A DNA stretch of 63,422 nucleotides, counting the filler, from Licmophora abbreviata (lineage: Eukaryota), in assembly GCA_900291995.1 (NCBI GenBank). It is 7 parts of 7 records of this genome, joined end to end, with 100 filler letters (N's around TTAATTAATTAA, not from the genome) between each part and the next. Parts side by side here need not be neighbours in the genome. Positions count along the whole stretch, not along the records: positions 10,397 to 31,261 come from OLMU01000129.1; positions 31,362 to 43,577 come from OLMU01000130.1; 5 more parts are not named here. One strand, written 5' to 3'. Under the pieces are notes generated by a model. That model saw nothing but the letters and a program-made list of their open reading frames with translations. It did no database searches and was not told where the DNA came from. Below, piece by piece: positions 24,555 to 34,321 of the stretch. The translations under genes were made by a program, and so were the position numbers. Every line of letters begins with the position of its first letter. The first letter of the stretch is position 1.

Positions 24555-25898
24555 TCACGTCTGCAGAAAGATCCCATTCGTCTCGTGTGTCCGTGATGAA
24601 CAAAAGTTTTCGTGTTGTAGCTTTGCGCGCGAATCGTCAAACTCTTTGCCGCAGAAGGAACATGATAATGACGCCCTATCCCTTGCCATTTTGTTGGACG
24701 GTGAACTCCGATGAAGCGTGCGAATATGATAATGAGAGGGGACAAGCTCAGCGAGGTGTTTGTTGGCGTCCTCGTCGGTCAAATTTGAGTATTCAAACCC
24801 ACAGATTGCACAACTCTGGAGCTTCGACGGATGGTCGCGCGTGTTGCATGTGTCTCTCGCCATTCCGCCATGCACACCTTCCTCATCGACATGCTCTTTA
24901 TGGTGCTTCTCTGCCGCCCAGTCCGGTGCTATTGTCAAGTGGTCGCCCGTGTGCTTGGCACGCATGTGATCAGCCAACGCTTGTTCGTGTCGAAACGTTC
25001 GATCAACACCTTGTTCTTTGCAGAGGATGCAGCGGAGTACGTCGGTACGCTTCCGTTTCCTCGCTTCATCAGAAAGATGCACCGATCTGCAATGGTTATT
25101 AAGCGAACGCTCTTCCCGGAAAACTCGATCGCACTGTCCACATGCAAATCGAGGTTCCGACTGGAGATGACCATGAGTGCGTTCGCCTTGATGTTGCCAT
25201 GGCAGATGCGTCGCCACGTAGTTCCCACTATCTTGCTTCCGACCGAACGTGAATGTTTCACTCCCACCTATCGCTCTAGATGCAAAACTCTTTCCTGTTT
25301 GATGTCGTCTGAGCTGATATCGAGGAGTTTCATCCACCGGCGGTGGACGAAAGGGATGTCGGCCCAACTGTACAAGACCGTGTCGCTCCGCTGATGCCTC
25401 ACAGTCCCATCGTTCATACTGCCCCCGGACCAATGTTAAATGTAGAACCCCACCATGAGATTTCATCCAGTATGTATCCGCCGAATACAGGAAATGGGCC
25501 AAAAAGCGCTTATGTCGTGCGGCATCTTCCCGTCCCAAGTGAGGATGATTGAAGATGACATGATGTGCCCGAGGTATTTTGCTGCTGTTTTCATCCTGTA
25601 GACCTGTCGTCGGTGATATAACGGCATTGACACCGTGTCGAACTTCGACCAAAGGGGTCTCATTTTTTCGCCCATGGGACTTTAACTCGTTCAACAACGA
25701 TGGACTGTCGCGATACTTGTCCTCGAGCTCGTCCAGAGTGTCTATACCCGTTGCGATCACCTTGTTTATGCTTTTCTGGCCATTTCGAGACCCAGAACCG
25801 GCAAGATATCTCGTCAAATCTACTGAATAGGAAAAGTCTCCGTCCCCTAATGTCAAGTACACGCTTTGTTCATCCCCATTTCCATCGTTCGGTGCCAT
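24555..25898 (-). CDS. DUF2431/Bmt5-like rRNA uridine methyltransferase domain fused to C2H2-type zinc fingers
   Basis: YLTLGDGDFSYS, VRHGVNA, VIFNHPHLG, FLAHFLYSA; CGQC..HCRSVH, CILC..HMRAKH, CAIC, CSFC..HENFC. Confidence 0.75.
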   Translation of the reverse strand: MAPNDGNGDEQSVYLTLGDGDFSYSVDLTRYLAGSGSRNGQKSINKVIATGIDTLDELEDKYRDSPSLLNELKSHGRKNETPLVEVRHGVNAVISPTTGLQDENSSKIPRAHHVIFNHPHLGREDAARHKRFLAHFLYSADTYWMKSHGGVLHLTLVRGQYERWDCEASAERHGLVQLGRHPFRPPPVDETPRYQLRRHQTGKSFASRAIGGSETFTFGRKQDSGNYVATHLPWQHQGERTHGHLQSEPRFACGQCDRVFREERSLNNHCRSVHLSDEARKRKRTDVLRCILCKEQGVDRTFRHEQALADHMRAKHTGDHLTIAPDWAAEKHHKEHVDEEGVHGGMARDTCNTRDHPSKLQSCAICGFEYSNLTDEDANKHLAELVPSHYHIRTLHRSSPSNKMARDRASLSCSFCGKEFDDSRAKLQHENFCSSRTHETNGIFLQT

Positions 25899-26237
25899 CG
25901 TCGAGGTGATTGTGACGCGCCCCCACTCTCCAGCGCTCCTAATGTTGATAGCAATCTATCACCAAAGCATCCATAGTTTGCTGACATCGAGTATGAACTG
26001 TTCCTTTCGAGGGCTGGGACTTTCTTCTTTGCGAGTCCGTCTGTGCGCCGGTAGCAGAGCGACGACGCGACAGACGCGATCGAACGCCGCATCACATCAC
26101 ATCACCTCGCCACATCTGATGATGGTGTAGTGTGGAGCTTTGGATTGAGGAGGGAACACAGTCTCGTCATTTAGACATATGGAGAACAGTGAATCTGCTA
26201 CAATAGAACTGTATTTTGTCAGGACCAGGAGAAGATA

Positions 26238-27638
26238 ATGCTCTACCATGCGGCTCGCAAGATCTTAATAACGTCAAGCATCACTGCACAGCGAGTCCTA
26301 GCACCTTCGTCGGCATTTGCCGCGATTATTAGTCGTCGTCATCTTGGATTCTGGTCCAAGGCCAAAACCTTCTGGAATACCATGTTAGGCGTTGAGGATG
26401 ATCCCAGGGCGGAACGCGAATGGCAGGACTTGTCTAGGGCCTTGGTGGCCCTCAATCATCGACGACTTCGGCTCGAAAATGCTGAACGAGATCCGAACGA
26501 GCTGATTGACACAGCCTATCAAGGATTGGAGAAGAAGTTTCTTGAATTAAGCAATTTGGGGCTACGGCATGAGCTGCACGATGCGCTGACTCCCATGCTA
26601 CTGGAAATACTGGAAACCTTTCAGAATGTCCAGGGTCGGTTGGGGTCGCCGCAGTCCATTGAGCGGGACAGCCTTCACCACCAGATACTTCTGAAGGAGT
26701 ACGCGGAGACGCTTCGACAACTCGCAGATCAGCAAGATCAAACCGAAACAGAGTCTCTAAATCGTCCTTCTCCAATCGCATATCTTCAACGCAAGTCCAG
26801 CGCCTTGCGTTTGCTATTGGAGCACTACGGGTACTTGGATAGAAGCCAGGAGGCGGCTGTGTCGTACGCCAACGACACCGTGGTTGCAGCCGAGTCGACA
26901 AAAACCAATGATGATACCTTTGGTTATGATGAATCTTTGGATAATAAGGATGTGAGCGATGCCATGCGTCACTTTCAAGCGATCAACCTGGTTCATTCGG
27001 CGCTGATACGACAGCAACTTGGCCACTCTGTGCTATCGCTGAAATCAACACTACCAGGTGCAGGGAGAGGTGTGTTTGTGGATGGAACCGCGGCGGCAGG
27101 ATCACTGGTTGCATTCACTCCAGGTGAGGTATGGCCGAAGGAACATTTGCTAAAAATGTCGCCGGCGCTGAAGAAACACTTTTCAGACGACGAGAATGAT
27201 CAACTGTCGTTGCGTTCGGACGAGGTATTGATTGACTCGAGGCGATCCCCATACACCGTCTTGACCGACGATGGCTCAAATCCCTGGGCACTTGGACATA
27301 TCGTCAATCACCCACCTCCCAACGCCATGCCGAATTGCCGCGTCGTCATGATCAACTTTACCGAAAGTATGGAACTCACACGCGCAGGATTGATGCGCTT
27401 CGTTCCAAATACCTATGCAAGACAGCCAATGTTGCTGGGTACCAAGGCTTTTGAAAGAGATCGAATCGTCATGCTGGGTCTAGGCCTGCAGGCAGTGAGG
27501 GATGTATCGAACGAAGAGCTCTTCTATGATTACCGACTGTCTCCGTCAAAGGCCGGGCACCCATCGTGGTATCAAGAAATTGACTCCGAGGAGGCGGCAC
27601 AGCGTTATCAAGATGAGCAGACGTTGGAAAACAGATAA
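26238..27638 (+). CDS. SET-domain lysine methyltransferase (SETD9-like), possible mitochondrial presequence
   Basis: GAGRGVFVDG, NPWALGHIVNHPP, EELFYDY; Arg/Ser/Ala-rich N-terminus lacking acidic residues. Confidence 0.8.
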   Translation: MLYHAARKILITSSITAQRVLAPSSAFAAIISRRHLGFWSKAKTFWNTMLGVEDDPRAEREWQDLSRALVALNHRRLRLENAERDPNELIDTAYQGLEKKFLELSNLGLRHELHDALTPMLLEILETFQNVQGRLGSPQSIERDSLHHQILLKEYAETLRQLADQQDQTETESLNRPSPIAYLQRKSSALRLLLEHYGYLDRSQEAAVSYANDTVVAAESTKTNDDTFGYDESLDNKDVSDAMRHFQAINLVHSALIRQQLGHSVLSLKSTLPGAGRGVFVDGTAAAGSLVAFTPGEVWPKEHLLKMSPALKKHFSDDENDQLSLRSDEVLIDSRRSPYTVLTDDGSNPWALGHIVNHPPPNAMPNCRVVMINFTESMELTRAGLMRFVPNTYARQPMLLGTKAFERDRIVMLGLGLQAVRDVSNEELFYDYRLSPSKAGHPSWYQEIDSEEAAQRYQDEQTLENR

Positions 27639-27829
27639 AGCCTCCTAATACACTGCGCTACTAATTACAATGTCAACGAGCAGTGTGGTAGCAGTAGTCT
27701 AGAGTCATCAGCCGACCGAAGTGATGAAGAGCTCTTATCGTCGTACCGGTATTGTCTTTATCGCCGCGGCTAATGGAGGCACACACGCCACTCTAATACG
27801 CGCGCCACATCAGGCGTCTCGATTTTCCA

Positions 27830-28918
27830 ATGACGAAGAAAAACCACATCAAATTTCCCATAGACATCATTATCATCAGCATCATCACAGATCACAGCCC
27901 ATCGGCCCGCATGAAAGCCCAATCCCATGAATCGTGGCCCGACATGCAGTGCAATCATGTACGCCTAACTCTTGCGGTGGCAGCCGGCTACTGTTTCCTC
28001 CTGTCGCTTCTATTCGTCGGCTCTCTGTATGCCTTGCTGCCACTGCGAGTTCGCATGCTGGGACGCGACGACGCTCTCAACATTCAGTGGCGTATCTTTG
28101 CTGTTTCTATCTCTTGCATCATCTCGCTGGGCTCGTATATTTTTCTATTTTGCGAGGCCTCAAAGACGACCTCAGAATCAGTCCCCGTGTGGACAATTCT
28201 GGGATGGACAACTCGGTGGCAAAGTATTACTGGAACCTTGGTTCACGTGGGGCTGCTGTATCTGGGACCGATTGTTGCATCTTTCTTGCGCGTCATGGAA
28301 GCTAGGATCCGCCTGAAGCGAAATACGAGAAACGTTACGTACATGAAAGCATTTCGTCTGGTCTTGATGGATCCCCTTGTGTCGGCCTTTGTGGAGAACT
28401 CCGACGAGAGATGGTGTCAACTTCGAAATCTACTTGTTGCACCTTTCTCCGAGGAAATTGTCTTTCGAGGATGCATGGTTCCCGCGTTGTTATCGACAGG
28501 TCTGAAGCCATGGGCTGTGACGTTCATAGTTCCGCTTTTCTTTGGCACGGCGCACGCTCATCACGCACTCACGAAACTGCGAGATGGCAATTCCATTAAA
28601 GTTGTGGCCATCTCCACGCTGTTTCAGTTCACGTACACGTTTCTATTTGGAAGTTACGCCGCTCATGTGTTCATTCGAACGGGCTCGATAGTAGCCGTGG
28701 CGATTTGTCATTCCTTTTGCAACTTCATGGGGTTGCCAGATTTCGGATTCTTCCATGAGCAGGGAAGCCGACTATCACGACTGTATCCGTATCGATGGTT
28801 CCTGACGGCTTCTTATCTCGCAGGAGTCGCCGCCTTTGCTTGTGGGATACATTCGGACGTGCTTCTTCCTGGTCGACCAGTTCTCGTAGATGTGCTAAAT
28901 GATTCGCTAAGAGGGTAG
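27830..28918 (+). CDS. RCE1: CAAX prenyl protease 2 (RCE1, Abi family); start codon uncertain
   Basis: LRNLLVAPFSEEIVFRGCM, FFGTAHAHH, FQFTYTFLFG, HSFCNFMGLP; multiple TM segments. Confidence 0.9.
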   Translation: MTKKNHIKFPIDIIIISIITDHSPSARMKAQSHESWPDMQCNHVRLTLAVAAGYCFLLSLLFVGSLYALLPLRVRMLGRDDALNIQWRIFAVSISCIISLGSYIFLFCEASKTTSESVPVWTILGWTTRWQSITGTLVHVGLLYLGPIVASFLRVMEARIRLKRNTRNVTYMKAFRLVLMDPLVSAFVENSDERWCQLRNLLVAPFSEEIVFRGCMVPALLSTGLKPWAVTFIVPLFFGTAHAHHALTKLRDGNSIKVVAISTLFQFTYTFLFGSYAAHVFIRTGSIVAVAICHSFCNFMGLPDFGFFHEQGSRLSRLYPYRWFLTASYLAGVAAFACGIHSDVLLPGRPVLVDVLNDSLRG

Positions 28919-29111
28919 CTTTTGTTTTGGGGGACAAAAGCGAAGCCATGATCACAGCAATGCTTGGAACCTACGTTATACTACACTTACCTATATATGA
29001 TAGTTGTCTACAGCGAAAGATGAGCTATCACATCACCTACGCCCTAGTAGTAAGCCTGCTCTGTCGCCGGAGACTGCAAACATTGAAATCTCCTGGACGA
29101 TGGGGCGCCGT

Positions 29112-29975
29112 CTAAGGCACGTCCTCGTCGTCAGAGTCCACTTCCTGCGTCATACGCTGCTGGCGTTCGCGATCCTTACGACGTTTGTACTTACGGACCT
29201 TCATTTCCATCTGCTCGTCCTTCTCGACTTGGTCCATGGTGATGCTGTGGGTGCTACATCCTGGGACAGGACAGCGACGATTTCCTGAGGAACGAAGCAA
29301 CTGCTCGAAACCCGTACGAGAGTACGTGTGTTTGCAGACCTTGTGCTTGACGGGATCTTCAAAGAGCTTCCCTGTGATGGGGCATTTCAGGGACTGCTCC
29401 GAGACCGTCGGTAGGTTAACAACTTCGAGGTCATCGTCCGAGTCGTCGTCGTTGCCTTGCTGCCGAGCGCTAGTTTTACTCTTCTTCTTCTTGGGTTCCT
29501 TCTCGTTGAGCTTGGAGCGGATCTCGCGACAATAGTCTTCCTCGTGCAATTCGACGTCCAATTCCTTCCGAGCAGCAGCATGCTTCCGCATACTCTGGTC
29601 AAGAAGCTTCTCGTAGTCCGCGTCGGGATTCTCCTGCTGCAAAAGTCCCTGATGCATTTCCTGCAATGACGAGAGAAAGACATCAATGCTGCGGTTTGTC
29701 ATGACGTTCTTCTCGGACACTTTCTTGAGGCGCTCTCGCTGTTGTTGAAGTAGACCATGAACTTCTTGCTTGAGCTGTTCATTGTCTCCAGCAGCTTCCA
29801 GCATGGTCGTTTCGAGTTCGCCACCGACAGCAATGGTCTCGGCGAGCATGGACGACATGGCTTGGTTGCTTTTGATGACACCGCGATATTCGTCTTGCTT
29901 GGAGCGAATCACGCTTACTGCCATCATGGAAGAGCCAGAGACGCCTCCTCCAGAACTGTTGCGGTAGCGGGACAT
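29112..29975 (-). CDS. NSE2: SMC5/6 SUMO E3 ligase NSE2/MMS21
   Basis: Helical N-terminus, DDDLEVV, SP-RING CPITGKLFEDPV..CKHTY..CPVPGC. Confidence 0.85.
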   Translation of the reverse strand: MSRYRNSSGGGVSGSSMMAVSVIRSKQDEYRGVIKSNQAMSSMLAETIAVGGELETTMLEAAGDNEQLKQEVHGLLQQQRERLKKVSEKNVMTNRSIDVFLSSLQEMHQGLLQQENPDADYEKLLDQSMRKHAAARKELDVELHEEDYCREIRSKLNEKEPKKKKSKTSARQQGNDDDSDDDLEVVNLPTVSEQSLKCPITGKLFEDPVKHKVCKHTYSRTGFEQLLRSSGNRRCPVPGCSTHSITMDQVEKDEQMEMKVRKYKRRKDRERQQRMTQEVDSDDEDVP

Positions 29976-30179
29976 GGTGAATACAGAGAAATGACAGTGT
30001 CAGCACAGAGCTCAACACAGCTCGAGACAAGACTTTGAACTTTGCTGTGAAGCTAATGATGTGAATTTCTTTTTCGCGACAACGCTCGAACACTGCCAGA
30101 AATGCGAGAGCGCGCACGCATCAAAGGATGTCGAAGGTGTCGAACAAAAGAAAAGCTCATAACCCATCATCAAACTGAG

Positions 30180-30192
30180 TTTCCCGCCAAAA
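30180..30192 (+). promoter_or_regulatory. E2F-type site TTTCCCGCCAAAA in the NSE2/TGT divergent promoter
   Basis: Matches TTTSSCGC; same core at 14-26 and 22873-22884. Confidence 0.5.
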
Positions 30193-30244
30193 GAGAGAAG
30201 ACGACAAACAAAATGTACGAAATACACCGCGTCGGTAAGACACC

Positions 30245-31829
30245 ATGGCGTCCCAAAGCGACCAAGAGAAAGTTCCTTGCGAACCGCCTCAGAAGCGCTC
30301 TCGTAAATCAGAGCCCTCGGAAGCTCAGGATTTGGGTGACCTTACAAAACTACCGAAAGAACTGGAAGAAGTCGACTTTTCGAAACGCGTGGCATGGGGA
30401 AAGTATCTTCCGTATCCTGATCCCGACCACCCGGACAAACCAGCTCCACCTCTACCCTTAGTTCCTGAAAACTCCAATCCTGTCTTTGTGGAAGAGAGTC
30501 CGGCGCTCTGCCATCATGTGAATGGTCAAAGTGGCCGAGCACGCGCCTGCACTGTGCACCTGCCCCACGGAGCCGTGCAGACACCCGTCTTCCAGCCCGT
30601 CGGAACCAAGGGATGTCTCAAGGGTGTCACGGCGGAAGAAATCGCCAATGACCCGGCACTGAACAACCAGATTATACTTGCGAACACATATCACTTGGCA
30701 CTGCAACCCGGAACCGACATACTGAGGGAAATGGGGGGACTTCACAAGTTCATGTGCTGGGACCGCAATATTCTCACGGATTCTGGGGGCTTTCAGATGG
30801 TTTCGCTTCTTAAGCTGGCCGAAATTACCGAAGAGGGCGTAACCTTCGACAATCCGTTTACTGAGGAAGGAAAAACTCCCGACCGCATGTTGTTGCGCCC
30901 TGAAGACTCGATTCGGCATCAAAATGATATTGGTAGCGATATTATGATGGCACTCGACGATGTCGTCAGCAGTGTGGCGGATGACGATACGCGTTTCAAA
31001 ATTGCAACCTATCGTACTTTAAGATGGCTCGATCGATGCTTTACCGCACATGCCAAGCCAAAAACGCAGAATCTCTTTCCCATTGTACAAGGTGGACTCG
31101 ACACTTCCGTGGGTGGCCTACGCGAGCAGTGTCTTGCTGGGTTTCGCAATCGTGACGACCATATCCCTGGTTATGCGATCGGAGGATTGGCTGGTGGGGA
31201 ATCTAAAGATCAGTTTTGGAGAGTCGTCGATCAGTGTTGTCGGGCGCTTCCTGACAACAAGNNNNNNNNNNNNNNNNNNNNNNNNNNNNNNNNNNNNNNN
31301 NNNNNTTAATTAATTAANNNNNNNNNNNNNNNNNNNNNNNNNNNNNNNNNNNNNNNNNNNNCGATATCTCATGGGAGTCGGGTATCCTCTCGATTTGGTT
31401 GTCTGCACGGCCTTGGGTGTGGACATGTACGACTGCGTATATCCGACTCGAACGGCTCGATTTGGTGTTGCCCTCGTTCAAGGAGAAGCTCCGGGGACGA
31501 TGAGGCTCAAGAGCCACGACTTTGCTCGGGACGAACGTATAATTCAAGAAGGCTGCACTTGTCAAGCGTGCGACAATGGTTTTTCTCGCGCGAGGCTCCA
31601 TGCACTCCTCAAGTCTAGCAATACACTCGCTGTCCAACTGCTGACCCATCACAACCTTGCCTATATGATGAGCTTGGGACGAATGATGAGACAAGCCATC
31701 ATAGACGATTCTTTTCCCGACTTTGTACGTACATTTGTAAACGATCAGTATCGCGGCGAGACGAACGGTGGGCAAGACATTCCGACTTGGGTGAAGGAGG
31801 CACTCGCATCCGCCAAAATACAAGTATAG
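30245..31829 (+). CDS. QTRT1: Queuine tRNA-ribosyltransferase catalytic subunit; spans the gap at 31262-31361
   Basis: TPVFQPVGTKG, LANTYHL, LTDSGGFQMVSL, IVQGG, AIGGLAGGE, LPDNK/(P)RYLMGVG, DMYDCVYPTRTARFG, CTCQAC..HNL. Confidence 0.95.
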
Positions 31830-32183
31830 TATTATTATTGCATCTTTTCAGTTGGTGAAGTTGCTACCGGAAAAGAGGGTCAGTGTAAAGGGCTTCTGTC
31901 GTGGCTAACGAGGTGTGCAATGCAGACTACCCCGACCCCAGCAGACGGTCCAGCGAGTCAGTCCACCGCGCGTCTGTCATCGCCAGAAGCTCTTCTCAGC
32001 CGACGATTTTTGATCAATGCCCGCAGACCGGTATGTGTGATGCCGTAATGCCAATCGCACAGCGCCCATCGCATCATCAGGCACACATCAATGTGATTGA
32101 CGACAGTCGTAGTCCGTTCTAGATGGCTATAGTCGAAGACACTCCAAATTGTGGTTTTAATTGTCTAAGGAGATCCAAGAAAT

Positions 32184-33887
32184 ATGAGAACTTACAGTGA
32201 CAAGTTTCGGTGCCAAACGTTTGCCGTATTAGTCGGCGCTGTTGTTCTGCACTTCTCGTTTGCGTTCCCAACACCAACAGCAAGGAGAATACAACGCGGG
32301 ACAGAGATATGTCCTTCAGGAAGCTCATTCTGTCATTCTGATACTCGGCTGATGCGTGTAACTTCGCCACGGAGTCGGAAGTCAACTACGAGGTTGTACG
32401 ACGGATCGGATCCTTTCGCTAGTACAAGCGTCGTACCGAAGCAACGAAAGAAAAAGCTAAAGACTTTCTCCAGATACCTCGAGGTAGAATGCTGGAAACA
32501 CCAGGAACTTCGGGACCTCCAACCTGTCCTGCAGGCAGTAAGCGATGCATGTAAACAGATCAATCGCATTGTGCAACGGGCCCAGACGGATGACCTGTAT
32601 GGAGTCGCCCTCGACAAAGACGGAAAGCCGCTCGAAGACACTAACATCCAAGGAGAGGTGCAGCAAAAATTAGATGTTGTCTGCAACACCATTATGTTAC
32701 GCTCTTTCTGTGGGTGCAGCAACGCCATTGCAGCGGTGGCCTCAGAGGAAGAAGATGAGCCACGGTCATGCGCAATTGTCATGGTAGGTTGTGAATCTTA
32801 TATATTAGAAGCTGCTCCAATTTGGCAGCAGTCACGCTTACTGCCTTTCACACCTCTGACATTGAATTGTTACCTTTCCTTGAATGCTAGAATGACTCTG
32901 CGTTTTCTGTCGGCGACTTTATCGCAGTATTCGATCCGGTAAGTCTGTCTATGTACCGGTCGATCGAGTTGTTGTTGCTGTCCTCGTGCATTGAAGACTC
33001 ACAGCGCTATCCGCATGCTCCTTGTAACCTCAGATCGACGGTAGCAAGAACATCGATTCGTCGTTACCAGTGGGTAGCATCTTCGGCATCTACAAGCCTC
33101 CTCCCGGAACGGCCATCTCGGACGACTCATTCCTTCTCGATGGCGACTATCTTGTTGCTTCCGGATACTGTTTATTCTCGTGAGTGCATATGACGTCGGC
33201 CTGGTACCAAGGCTGGTTTTACCACTTTCTTACTAACTTGTGTGGTATGTTTGGCTACTCTCACAGAGCGACAACGGTGCTAGTGCTCACGCTGGGATCG
33301 GGTGTGGATGGATTCACGTTGGATCCAGACAAGGGTGTATTCTTACACACGCACCCCGACATTCGAATCCCATCGGCGGGGCCGATTTACAGTTTCAACG
33401 AGGCCAACTTTCACGACTTCTCAGATCCAGTACAACGTTATTTGAACGCATTGAAAGAAGGCTCTAGTTCGGTCGGCGTGAGGTACGTGCGAGGCGCTAC
33501 GCTGAGCTCAAACCAATCATCAATCATATCGAAACTTATGTGCCACCTGTGCCCCTTTCTCTCTCTTGCAGGTCCAACGCAAGATACGTCGGTGCTCTCG
33601 TTGCTGATGTGCACAATGTGCTTATTAACGGCGGTATCTATGGGTATCCAGGGACGCGACAGAATCCGAATGGAAAGCTTCGTCTCATGTACGAATCCTG
33701 TCCCATGTCGATGATTATGGAGCAGGCTGGCGGTGCCGGATCAACTGGTCTTGGTCGTATCCTTGATGTCAAGCCCACAGATATTCACCAACGCATCCCG
33801 ACATTCCTCGGAAGCGAAGATAATGTCTACGAACTAGACCAGTTTCACAGGTTCTACGATGCGGAGGAAAACAAGGAAGCAGATTGA
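32184..33887 (+). CDS. FBP: Class I fructose-1,6-bisphosphatase, probably plastid-targeted; exons 32184-32783, 32891-32938, 33034-33179, 33267-33482, 33572-33887
   Basis: NIQGEVQQKLDV, ASEE, FDP|IDGSKNID, SIFGIY, YSFNEAN, RYVGALVADVH, GKLRLMYE. Confidence 0.92.
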
Positions 33888-34141
33888 TAGCTTGGACACG
33901 CCGCGTCCGTATGGACAACATGTTAATCGTTGTGACGCGCCACTTCTAAGTTTCCGAGCTCATCAGAAGTTTGCTAGGGTAGCCTATCTACTACGACTCA
34001 TAGACTGCCTTAGCTTAATGCGATCGCAAGCCTTTGCCGAATAGTGAAAAGTACCACCGGCACCGGTGATATTAGGCAGCGACGAGATGAGTTGAGTTTC
34101 TACATTCCCAAAGGAGAAAGGACAGGTTTTGGGTCCTACAT

Positions 34142-34151
34142 TTTGGCGCGC
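34142..34151 (+). promoter_or_regulatory. TTTGGCGCGC (E2F-like) motif upstream of PWP1
   Basis: Exact 10-mer about 170 bp upstream of the PWP1 ATG. Confidence 0.5.
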
Positions 34152-34321
34152 GCCACAGATCACCACCGATTTCGATGTTCGATTGAGGATGCAAAAAGCC
34201 AACAAAAGACAAAGACGCGACGACGCCGCGATCCTTTTTCGTTCTGCTGTGGCATACATCCATCGTGCTGCGCTGCTTTGGTCCACGCTCGTGCAGCCAT
34301 CGAAGGACTCACAAAGGAGAT

